A stretch of DNA of 38,881 nt from positions 1 through 38,881 of the forward strand of contig NW_021835866.1 of NCBI RefSeq assembly GCF_006345805.1. The letters run 5' to 3'. A model generated the notes under the pieces. That model ran no database searches and had not been told where the DNA came from. It was given only the letters and a program-made list of their open reading frames with translations. Positions 8,937-19,733 of the stretch are shown one piece after another (positions within the stretch are counted from its first letter, which is position 1; each line of letters begins with the position of its first letter). The position numbers and the translations under genes are program-made. The DNA comes from Octopus sinensis. Taxonomy: Eukaryota.

Positions 8937-11900
8937 CATCATTAAATCAAATCAAATCAAAATAGATGAACATCAATGGAATTTGTATCTTGTTGTACCA
9001 GTGCCGGTGGCACATAAGACAGCCATCTGAACGTGGCCGTAGCCAATACCGCATCGACTGGCCTCCGTGCTGTGGGCACGTAACAAACACCATCCAATCG
9101 TGGCCGTTCGCCAGCCTCGTCTGGCACCTGTGTCGGTGGCACATAAAAAACACCATCCGAGCGTGGCCGTTCGCCAGCCTCGTCTGGTACCTGTGTCGGT
9201 GGCACATAAAATCACCCACTACACTCTCGGAGTGGTTGGCGTTAGGAAGGGCATCCAGCTGTAGAAACACTGCCAGATCTGACTGGCCTGGTGCAGCCTT
9301 CGGGCTCCCCAGACCCCAGTTGAACCGTCCAACCCATGCTAGCATGGAAAGCGGACATTAAACGATGATGATGATCATCATCATCATCATCTTCATTATC
9401 ATCATCTGAAAACTCACAGCTTATTTTGCTGGCTATGATGGAAAGTGTCAGCTGTCCCCAGCCAGCAGACTTAGGTGGTACTTGTTTACTTGTCACGCTT
9501 CAAGGACCCTGCTTAGAATTCTTGCAGTACCAGGTTGGTAGTTGAGTGCTGATACTTCCAAGTGCACCAATTTCAGTTTCCGTCTACCAAATCCACTCAC
9601 AAGGCTTTGGTCGGTCCGAGGCTATAGTAGAAGACACTTGCCCAAGGTGCCACGCAGTGGGACTGAACTCGGGACCATGTGGTTGGTAAGCAAGCTACTT
9701 ACCACACAGCCACTCCTGCACCTATATATATACATATATACGACGGGCTTCTTTCAGTTTCCGTCTACCAAATCCACTCACAAGGCTTTGGTCGGCCCGA
9801 GGCTATAGTAGAAGACACTTGCCCAAGGTGCCATGCAGTGGGACTGAACCCGGAACCATGTGGTCGGTAAGCAAGCTACTTACCACACAGCCACTCCTGC
9901 GGTCCAAATGTAAATTAAAAGTCATGAAACACTACTTCATCATACTCCTTGTTATTATGTGAGTGTGTGTGTGTGGTGTGTGTATGGTTGTGTCTGCTTT
10001 TAATTAAATCTAATTAATTTCTTTCCAATCAGGGGATTTAGTCTGGTTGACTTGATCGAAGATGCGCGAAGCCACAAAAATTTTGCTCTGAAGAGGATCA
10101 AGTGCCACTCAAAGGATGACGAAAACATTGCTCTGCACGAGGTGAAGGTGATGAAATTGTTTAAGCATCCACACATAGTCCCCTTAATTGAGTACATGCT
10201 CGTGCCGGCCAGCAAGTTCGCCCAAAATACAGACATCTACAGTGAGTTACATATCGTCATGCCATATTATTCAGTGAGTATTAAATACACACCTTTTTTT
10301 GATATGTGTGTGGGTGTAAGTGTGTATGTGTTTGTGTGTGTATGTATGTTTGTATGTGTGTGTGAAGGTGTGTATGTATCTGTGTTTGTGTGTTCGAATG
10401 TTGGTGTGTATGAGTGTCTATGTGCGTTTGTGCAAGTGTGTGTGTGTAGGTGTGTGTATGTGTGTTTGTGTGTGTGTAGGTATGTCTGTGTAAGTATGTG
10501 TCTATATATATGTCTGTGTGTATTTATCTATGTGTGTGTGTAGGTGTGTATGTCTGTGTGCATGTGTGTGCGTGTGAAGGTGTGTATGTATCTATATGTG
10601 TGTAGGTGTGTATGTGTGTATGTATGTGTTTGTGTGTGTGTAGATATGTATGTTTGTGTATGTGAAGATGTGTATGTGTCTATATTGTGTTAGTGTGTGT
10701 GTAGGTGTGTAAATGTGTATGTGTCTATGTGTATGTATGTGTGTGTCTCTGCGAGTATGTGTCCCTGAGTGTGTGTGTATGCATGTGTCTGTGTGTGTGT
10801 ATGTGTATGTTGATCTTGATGTTGTTCTTGTTTAGCCCCAGGTCAGCCCTGATCCAGCAGACCTGCATGACTAAAGACATTCCATATATGGCAATCCCAT
10901 CTCCTCTTTGTGTCTTCTCTATTTCAGCGAGGTTCACTTCAGGACCGAATCGAGATGCTTGCTAGAAAAGGGGACCACATCCACGAGGACCGTTTGTGGG
11001 AGATCTTCTTTGGAATTTGTGAAGGTTTAAAGGCCATGCACAGCCACAGTCCACCTTATGCTCACAGGTCAGTTTCACAGTCTCCGTCCTCCATCATCGT
11101 CATCATCATCATCATCCACATCATCATCATCCTCATCATTATCATCATCATCATCATCATCCACATCATTATTATCATCATCATCATCACCATCGTCATC
11201 CTCCTCCTCCTCATCATCATCATCATCATCCACATCATCATCATCCACATCATTATTATCATCATCCTCATTATCATTATCATCCTCATCATCATTATCA
11301 TCATCATCATCATTATTATCATTATCATCATCATCATCATCATCCTCATCATTATTATCATCATCATCCTCATCATTATTATCATCATCATCCTCATTAT
11401 TATCATCGTCATCATCATCACCATCATCACCATCATCATCATCAACAACAACCACATCATCATTGTCATCACCATCGTTGTTTTAATGTCCCCTTTCCCA
11501 TGCTCACAAGAGTTAGACTGAATTTGTTGAAGTGAGTTTTCTGTGGCTGGATGCCCTTCCTGTCATCAACCCTCACCCGTTTCCAGGTGAGGTGATGTTT
11601 TCTCGTAGCCAGTCATGACTTACCCAACTGATAAGGGTGCACCAGGCACATGTGTCACAACCATATGTGCGTGACATGGGTGATCTCACATCAAGATAAA
11701 CAGTACACAACCTTGCAGGTGGAGCCCAGTTAGAATTTTCTTCAGGTCGAGTAGCCCATCCTGCTCAAAAGGTCCCTGAAAAAGAGTTAAGGATGATGAA
11801 CAAAACACCCGTGTGTCCAAAGGCGAGTTATCCAAACCCCAAAGAATTCCTCTCGACACATGGCTATGATGCTCCCCCACTACTTCTGCTCGTGATCAGA

Positions 11901-14900
11901 GATGCACATATCGTCAGCCACTAAGGGACATGCTCAACTGGTTAAGGTCAAACAACTGACAAGCAAATCTGTGGTATTGAGCAGAATATTTGCTGTAGCC
12001 CATCTTTTATACCAAGACAAAACAATGTACATGATAACACTTCCAATCAGTTAAGATCAGAAGCCATGAGAGACACTGCCTGGTAAGGCATCAGGGCATT
12101 TATTATTATTATTATTATTATTCATCGTTTAGAGTCCGCTTTCCATGCTGGCATGGGTTGGCATTGATTTATATTTTTCTATCTTCGATGACATTGATTA
12201 CATCATCATCATCATCATTGTTTAACGTCCGTTTTCCATGCTGGCATGAGTTGGACGGTTTGCCTGGGGACTGGCAAGCCAAAAGGCTGCACCTGTTCAA
12301 CTGGGGTCTGGGAAGACAGAAGGCTGCACCAGGCCCAGTCCGATCTGGCAATGTTTCTACAGCTGGATGCCCTTACTAACACCATTGTTGTTATTATTAT
12401 TATTATTTTCTTATATCATCGTTTATATATATAGAGAGATTAACTAATATGTAATAATTGTATTTTCCCAGGGACCTGAAGCCTGCTAACATCATGTTCG
12501 CTGATAACAACTGCCCCGTCCTCATGGATCTCGGGTCATCAGTAATGGCCAGAACAGAAATAAAGACCATGTCAGAGGCTCGTACCCTGCAGGTAATTAA
12601 CACCTGTTTTCCTCGTTTATTTCCATTACACCTTCCCACAGGTTGCCACACAGGTTGTTGATGTCGTTTAAGCCCCTGCAAGCTCTTGTCATGCAGACCT
12701 TATGACCTGGGTGGTTAAGAAGTTCACTTCGCAGCCACGGGCTTTCAGGTTCAATCCCAAGGAGCAACACTTGGGTAAGTGTCTTCTAGCGGCCTTGTGC
12801 CTATAGTAGAAAGGATGATTATTGTTGTTGTTGTTGTTGTTGTTATTATGCTCTGAGTTCTAATCTAGCTGAGGTCATCTTTGCTTTTTATCCTTTTTTG
12901 CAGGAGGTGGGGTGATGAAATAAAAGTACCAGTCATGTACAAGGGTCAATGTAACTAAAAATCCCCTTCCTTCTAAAATTGCTGGCCTTGTGCCAAAACT
13001 TGAAACCATTATTATTATTATCATTATTATTATTTTTGTACATGGACCTTTTTTCAAACGGACAAAACCCTTTGTAACTTTCGTCCTGTGTTTTGTCCCT
13101 TTATGTTTTAATTGATTTTTGTTAGCCCTTGTGGCCAATAAAAGAATTAATTATTATTATTATCATTATTATTATTTTTGTACATGGACCTTTTTTCAAA
13201 CGGACAAAACCCTTTGTAACTTTCGTCCTGTGTTTTGTCCCTTTATGTTTTAATTGATTTTTGTTAGCCCTTGTGGCCAATAAAAGAATTAATTATTATT
13301 ATTATCATTATTATTATTTTTGTACATGGACCTTTTTTCAAACGGACAAAACCCTTTGTAACTTTCGTCCTGTGTTTTGTCCCTTTATGTTTTAATTGAT
13401 TTTTGTTAGCCCTTGTGGCCAATAAAAGAATTAATTATTATTATTATTGTTGTTGTTCTTGTTGTTACCCAGGATGTAGCTGCTGAACGCTGTTCAATGC
13501 AATACCGTGCGCCAGAGCTGTTCAACGTGGAAAAAGGATCTTGCATTGACGAGCGCAGTGACATTTGGGTGAGGCCCTAGAAATCCTTCATTTTGTTCAC
13601 CGTATTACTCTCTTACTTGTTTCAGTCATTTGACTGCGGCCATAGTGGAGCACCGCCTTTAGTCGAACAACTCGACCCCCGAGACTTATTCTTTGGTAAG
13701 CCCAGTACTTATTCTATCGGTCTGTGTTGCCGAACTGCTAAGTGACGAGGACATAAACATACCAGCATCGGTTGTCAAGCAATGCTAGGGGGGACAAACA
13801 CAGATACACAAACACACACGCACATACATATATATATATATATACATATATACGACGGGCTTCTTTCAGTTTCCGTCTACCAAATCCACTCACAAGGCTT
13901 TGGTCGGCCCGAGGCTATAGCAGAATACACTTGCCCAAGGTGCCACGCAGTGGGACTGAACCCGGAACCATGAGGTTGGTAAACAAGCTACTTACCACAC
14001 AGCCACTCCTGCATATTGTTCACTTTAATTGCTGGAGGAGGCGCCATATTTTGGTTATGTATTGATTTTTCTATCTTTGATGACATTGATTACATCATCA
14101 TCATCGTTTAACGTCCGTTTTCCATGCTGGCATGGGTTGGAAGGTTTGACCGGGGTCTGGCAAGCCAGGAGAGGCTGCACTTGGCTCCAATCTGATCTGG
14201 CAAGGTTCCTACACTGTCATACAAGCATACATTTCCTAATCTTCCATGGAAACCTGTCTGGGCCTTGAGGGAAACATTACCTCCCTGCGTGAGGGTTTAT
14301 GACAGGAAGGGCACCCAGCTGTAGAAAATACGCTGCAGAGAACTCTGTCCAACCCATACCAGCATAGAAAGGATGTGTTAAAACGATGATTACAACTACG
14401 GTGATGATGATGATCATGATCATGATCATTTAACGTCCGTTTTCCGTGCTAGCATGGGTTGGACGGTTCGACCGGGGTCTGGTAAGCCTTGGTGGCTGCA
14501 CCAGGCTCCAGTCTGATCTGGCAGTCTTTCTATGGCTGGATGCCCTTCCTAACGCCAACCACTCTGCGAGTGTAGTGGGTGTTTTTTACGTGACACCAGC
14601 ACAGGGGCCAGGGGAGGTTGGACGATTTGACTGAGGGCTGGTGAACCAGATGGCTGCACCAGGCTCCAATCTTGATTTGGCAGTGTTTCTATAGCTGGAT
14701 GCCCTTCCTAACGCCAACCACTCCGTGAGTGTAGTGGGTGTTTTTTACGTGCCACCAGCACAGGGGCCAGAGCAGGCTGGCTAACGGCCACGATCGGTTG
14801 GTGCTTTTACGTGTCACCAACACAGACGCCAGTCAGGCGGTGCTAGTAACTGCTACGCTTGAACAGTGCTTTTACGTGTCACCAGCACTGGTGCCTTAAC

Positions 14901-16522
14901 TACAATTACCATTCGAATTTTTGATGTTGACGAACTTGACTGATGATGATATGTTTATTAAAAAAATTAAATATTCCTTCTATCTAAGTTTCCCTTTTTT
15001 TTTTTGGTGTCTTCCAGTCCTTAGGTTGTCTGCTGTACGCGTTGGCTTTTCTCGAGTCTCCTTTTGAACAGGATTACCAAAGAGGGAACAGCATAGCTTT
15101 GGCAGTGCTTGGTGGAAATATCAAATTCCCAGAAAATTCACAGTAAGTGTTGTTGCCATTTAACCTCCCACCATTCCATCACCAGATCAGATCTATGAAG
15201 AGATGTTACAAAGTCTTTTACATTTCGAGCCTGTGCTCTTCAGCAGAAAGGAGCATGAAGAAATAAACAGAGAGAGAATTTAAAAAGCTTTTGGAGCTAG
15301 CAGTCAATCATGGCTAATAATAATAATAATAATAATATGATGCAGTACCAGGCAGTGACTCTCATGGCTTCTGATCTTAACTGATTGGAAGTGTTATCAT
15401 GTATGTTTTATTTAGGTGTGCTCAATACCACGGATATGTTTGTCAGTTGCTTGACCTTAACCAAATGAACATGTCCCTTAGTGGCTGACGAGATGTGCAT
15501 CTCTAACCATGAGCAAGAATAGTGGGGGAACATCAATGCCCTGATGCAGTACCAGGCAGTGGCTCTCATGACTTTCAAAAATTTCAAAGAGAGAATTCCT
15601 TTATAGTCACTCATAACAGTATGAGTGTACATCAACATTTGACAAGGGATGATGGTACAAGGCTAGAAATTTTGTGGAAAGGGGGCTAGTCAATGACATC
15701 GACCCCAGTGTTTAACAGGTACTTATTTTATTGACTTTGAGAGGATGAAAAGCAAGTCAACCTTAGTGGAATTTGGAATCAGAATGTAAAATAATAATAA
15801 TGCAGTACCAGGCAGTGGCTCTCATGGCTTCTGATCTTAACTGATTGGAAGTGTTATCATGTACATTGTTTTGTCTTGGTATAAAAGATGGGCTACAGCA
15901 AATATTCTGCTCAATACCATAGATTTGCTTGTCAGTTGTTTGACCTTAACCAGTTGAGCATGTCCCTTAGTGGCTGACGATATGTGCATCTCTGATCACA
16001 AGCAGAAATAGTGGGGGAGCATCATAGCCATGTATTGAGAAAGATTATTTGGGGTTTGGATAATTCACCTCTAGAAACATGGGTGGTTTGTTCTACATCC
16101 TTAAACAACCCTTATTGAAGGACTTTTTGAGCAGGGTAGGTTACTTGACCAGAAGAAAATTCTAACTGGGCCCCACCTACAATGTCATGCACTGTTTATC
16201 TTGATATGAGATCACCATGTCGCGCACATATGGTTGTGATGCATGTGCCTGGTGTACCCTTATCAGACGGGTAGTCATGATGGGTATACTGGGCTTCGTA
16301 TATTTTACCCCAGTGTCACTTTGATGGCATACACTGCTCTCTCACTCAATAATAATAATAATAATAAGATATCATTGTTTGATTGCTTGCAGTTACTCAA
16401 AACATCTGGAGATGACAGTACAGAAATTGATGGCAGTGAATCCGATGGAGCGTCCGTTTATTGAACAAGTGTGCCAAGCGGTGAGCGTAGCCAGGACAGA
16501 CAATGCAGGACACACAATGTAA
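8822..16522 (+). CDS. STK16: Serine/threonine-protein kinase 16 (NAK family), 7 coding exons, 930 nt, 309 aa: join(8822..8898,10033..10273,10928..11067,12472..12592,13473..13568,15018..15142,16393..16522)
   Basis: All introns are GT-AG and phase-consistent. Motifs: MGCVC N-terminus, LGEGGFSLV, FALKRI, HRDLKPANI, DLG (in place of DFG, as in STK16), YRAPE, DIWSLGCLLY, ERP. Length is close to vertebrate STK16 (about 305 aa). Confidence 0.93.
8950..9390 (+). mobile_element. SINE/LINE-tail family D with an internal about 58-bp tandem repeat and a (GAT)n tail
   Basis: GGCATCCAGCTGTAGAAAC...CCAACCCATGCTAGCATGGAAAGCGGACATTAAACGATGATG; inverted copies at 12210-12378 and 14425-14900. Confidence 0.75.
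9570..9900 (-). mobile_element. Two tandem SINE family A heads in STK16 intron 1
   Basis: Two near-identical reverse-complement heads. Confidence 0.8.
10033..10273 (+). CDS. STK16: STK16 exon 2
   Basis: Acceptor ccaatcAG; GFSLVDL...ALKRIKC...HEVKVM...VMPYYS; donor GTGAGT. Confidence 0.92.
10300..10810. repeat. Degenerate (TG)n/(TGTA)n tract in STK16 intron 2
   Basis: Direct inspection. Confidence 0.9.
10928..11067 (+). CDS. STK16: STK16 exon 3
   Basis: Acceptor atttcAG; RGSLQDRIE...GICEGLKAMH...YAHR; donor GTCAGT, phase 2. Confidence 0.92.
11092..11475. repeat. Long interrupted (CAT)n trinucleotide repeat just after the exon 3 donor
   Basis: About 380 bp of CAT/TAT/CCT units. Confidence 0.95.
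11615..12087 (-). mobile_element. Interspersed repeat family E in STK16 intron 3
   Basis: Reverse complement of 15803-16290; the 11881-12085 part is about 98% identical by eye. Confidence 0.85.
12472..12592 (+). CDS. STK16: STK16 exon 4
   Basis: Acceptor ttttcccAG; DLKPANIMF...LMDLGS...RTLQ; donor GTAATT. Confidence 0.92.
13012..13445 (+). repeat. 142-bp unit x3, essentially identical, in STK16 intron 4
   Basis: GTACATGGACC recurs at 13038, 13180 and 13322. Confidence 0.9.
13473..13568 (+). CDS. STK16: STK16 exon 5
   Basis: Acceptor ttacccAG; DVAAERCSMQYRAPELFNVEKGSCIDERSDIW; donor GTGAGG. Confidence 0.92.
13608..14012 (-). mobile_element. Full-length SINE family A in STK16 intron 5
   Basis: Reverse complement of the 7617-8033 element. 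Confidence 0.85.
14100..14900. mobile_element. Cluster of family D fragments in both orientations
   Basis: Repeated GGATGCCCTTCCTAACGCCAACC and TTTAACGTCCGTTTTCC motifs. Confidence 0.7.
15018..15142 (+). CDS. STK16: STK16 exon 6
   Basis: Acceptor cttccAG; SLGCLLYALAFLESPFEQDYQRGNSIALAVLGGNIKFPENS; donor GTAAGT, phase 2. Confidence 0.92.
15340..16365 (+). mobile_element. Family E copies in STK16 intron 6 (partial 15340-15565; long 15803-16365 with (AAT)n tail)
   Basis: TGCAGTACCAGGCAGTGGCTCTCATGGCTTCTGATC start recurs three times. Confidence 0.8.
16393..16522 (+). CDS. STK16: STK16 exon 7 (terminal)
   Basis: Acceptor ttgcttgcAG; (H)YSKHLEMTVQKLMAVNPMERPFIEQVCQAVSVARTDNAGHTM*. Confidence 0.88.
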
Positions 16523-16557
16523 AGAAGAAGAAGCAGCAGAAGGGTGTGATGCTGGGT

Positions 16558-17040
16558 GTGAGTGATGTGACTTGTCTTTACTCACATCACTCACACGTCT
16601 ACATATGTGAGTGATGTGATGTGTCTCCGTTGCGTACAACATATCTGCCTGTGTGAATGATGTGACTGGTGTGGTTCTACAGCATATACACATGCAGTTG
16701 TGTGATTGATATGTCTCTAAAACATACATACACATGTTCACCTGCATGATTGATGTGAATGATGTATCTCTACAGCATACAAACACATGTCTACCTGCAC
16801 GAGTGGTATGAATGATGTGTCTTTACAGCATATATACACGTGTCTACCTGCATGAGTGATGTGAATAATGTCACTACAGCATACGTATATAACATTCCTA
16901 CCTGCATGAGTGATGTGATTGATGTGTTACTACAGTATTCATAGCATGTATACTTGCATGAATGATGTGAATGTGCCACTACAGCAACATACACATATCT
17001 ATTTGTGTGAGTGATGTGACTGATGTCTCTCTACAGCTTG
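16558..17040 (+). repeat. Degenerate about 50-bp minisatellite (about 10 units) in the presumptive STK16 3' UTR
   Basis: Approximate consensus AGTGATGTGAATGATGTGTCTCTACAGCATATACACATGTCTACCTGCATG. Confidence 0.75.
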
Positions 17041-17537
17041 TGAGTAATATTCTGTGTGCGTGTGTGGATGTAAGGTGAAAACGAGAGAAATGAGACTGAA
17101 GGTGAACATGTGTGTGTAAGGATGTATCTGTATGTCAGTGACGTGTGTGTGTGTCTGTATGTGAGTACCTGTATGTCAGTGACGTGTGTGTGTTATGTAC
17201 ATTTCAAATGATACAGTTTGCCCCAACGAAAGACAAAATGAGGATTCAATACAGGGTGTAGAATTTTTTTTTTCTTTTCTTCACAATTCCTTTCTTCTGT
17301 TCCTGCCTAGAAACCACAGTGCCATAAGAAAAACAAAGCACTAGAAATATGCACATTATATATATATATAATATATACGTGTGTGCGCACACACACCTGT
17401 ATATATTAATACATATGTGTATGTCTTCATCATCATCATCATCATGACATACATTTATGCATAAAAATGTATATAAATATGCATGTATCAGTTAATATCT
17501 ACTTCATGCAGACAAGGCTCATGCCTGTGTATAACTA

Positions 17538-17571
<34 letters not shown>

Positions 17572-17841
17572 CACACACATACATACATACAGTAGCTTTA
17601 AAGTTTTGCTCTCCTAGCCTGATCTGTCCAATGAAGGCTAGCAGACCAAGACTTCAAAGTCACTATCCTTCTGTTCTTCCATTTAAAAACCTTTGTGAAC
17701 GACACCTGCAAATTCACAAGGATTTTCAAAAAAAATATTCAGACTGGCTATTCGAAAGTAACCCAGGCTGAGTTTACCAGCAGGGGATCAGAAATGAGCC
17801 ACTCTGAGTACTGGAAGTCTGAGTTTTTCAGTTATAATGTA

Positions 17842-18138
17842 CTAGCAGTATCGCCCGGTGTTGCTTGGGTTTGTAAGGGAAATAACTATATAAGCATTTT
17901 TAGAGAGTTACTTCCCTTATATAAACCGAGCAAAAAATGCGGAAAAATGATGGTAAATTCTTTTTTAAATCATAGACTCATCGTAGATGCGTGCTAATAC
18001 CCAGAAGAACTCGATATGAATCACGACTATAAGATACCCGCTTTTGGTTAAACTGCACCGCAAAATGTGGGAGTAGTTAGGAATCTAAATCAGAGTAGAC
18101 AGACACACACACAACTTCAATTTTATATTATATAAAGA
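17842..18138 (-). mobile_element. Non-autonomous Helitron
   Basis: On the minus strand it starts A|TC (18138), ends CTAG|T (17842) and has a subterminal CCC..CCGGG hairpin; no TSD. Confidence 0.7.
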
Positions 18139-18439
18139 TTAAATATTCTACATTCGTATTGAATCCCATAAATTATTGCTTCTGGTGAATCAACAGAGAT
18201 TTATAAATATACATATATCGCCGTTAAGAAGTTCATTTCTCAACTTTGTGGTTTCGGGTTTGTTCCCCCCACCCCGCTGTATTTATGTACCTAGCTTCCT
18301 ACCTAAAGTCACAAATTTATGCTGGGTGTTATGGCTTTTTTTGTGGCTATCATGTATGTATTTGGTTTGCAAATTTGGCTTTGCAAGGTTTTTCCACAGA
18401 ATTACACATTCCAAATCTCTGTTATAGAATTCTTATATA

Positions 18440-18477
18440 ATCTATATTCCTCTCCCCTGTATATATATAGTATATAT

Positions 18478-18519
<42 letters not shown>

Positions 18520-18629
18520 CTGCTCGTTTAGCCAGCGGGGTGGCATCATTTGAAGGCTAAAACAATGCGAAGCGCATTGTGACCAGCGATGTGTAACAAC
18601 ATCTGATAGCCTGGTCGGTCACGTGATCA

Positions 18630-18668
<39 letters not shown>

Positions 18669-18782
18669 AACACATATATTATTGTATACATAATAGATAT
18701 ATAATTTTTTTGTATATATTGTATATTATTTATTATATATGATATATATTAATATAAGTGTGTGTTTATATATATATACATA

Positions 18783-18822
<40 letters not shown>

Positions 18823-19095
18823 CATATATATATACACATATATATACATATATATATATATACATACATATATATATACATATATACATATATATATAAC
18901 ATATATATATATACATACATATATATATACATATATATATACACATATATATACATATATATATATATATACATACATATATATATACATATATACATAT
19001 ATATATATACATATATACATATATATATACATATATATATACATATATATATATACATATATATATACATATATATATATACATACATATATATG
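18440..19095. repeat. (TA)n and (TATACA)n-type compound microsatellite with a short embedded repeat fragment at 18515-18630
   Basis: Direct inspection. Confidence 0.9.
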
Positions 19096-19574
19096 CAATC
19101 ACTTTCACATCCTGGCACTTTTTCCTTCTACGTCCAACAGTTGGGTCAGCCTTTGGTGGAATCCCTTTGTGAATCCCTGCATTGTTCCCTATGATGTTTT
19201 TTTTATTACTGGCATTAACGAAACACACCATCCCATCGTTGATCCTTTCATTGCCCCCTAAAAAAAAACAACGGTCTCCCTCCCCACTCCCATCCGGTGG
19301 AGGGTGGCTAGATAGAACGGACAAGCAGCCACGGAACCCTTAGCCTGCTTCTGGCCCCTGTCTTCCACCCTTTATTTCCCCCACCCCTCCACACACACAT
19401 CCACACCCATACACACCCTTTAATTTGGTCACCTCTTCGAAACCAATTAACTCTTTGTGATATATTTCTAAAACCTTCCGTTGTGACAAAGGACTTTATT
19501 GTCGCTGGGCTAATTACTGAAAACACCCGTTGTGTATTTGTTATTACTATTGGTGTTATTATTATTATTATTAT

Positions 19575-19699
19575 TTTTGCCTTTCATCCTTTCGGCGTTG
19601 ATAAATTAAGTACCAGTTACGCACTGGGGTCGATGTAATCGACTTAATCCGTTTGTCTGTCCTCTCTGTATTTAACCCCTTGTGGGTAGTAAAGAAATA

Positions 19700-19733
<34 letters not shown>

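Noticed and set aside
11058-11521. Poly-Ser, poly-Asp, poly-Met and poly-Ile ORFs
   Set aside because: They are reading frames of the intronic (CAT)n repeat.
13012-13445. CRISPR-like or other repeat-spacer array (also considered 16558-17040 and 37041-37812)
   Set aside because: Units are contiguous tandem copies without unique spacers, the context is eukaryotic, and there are no cas genes.
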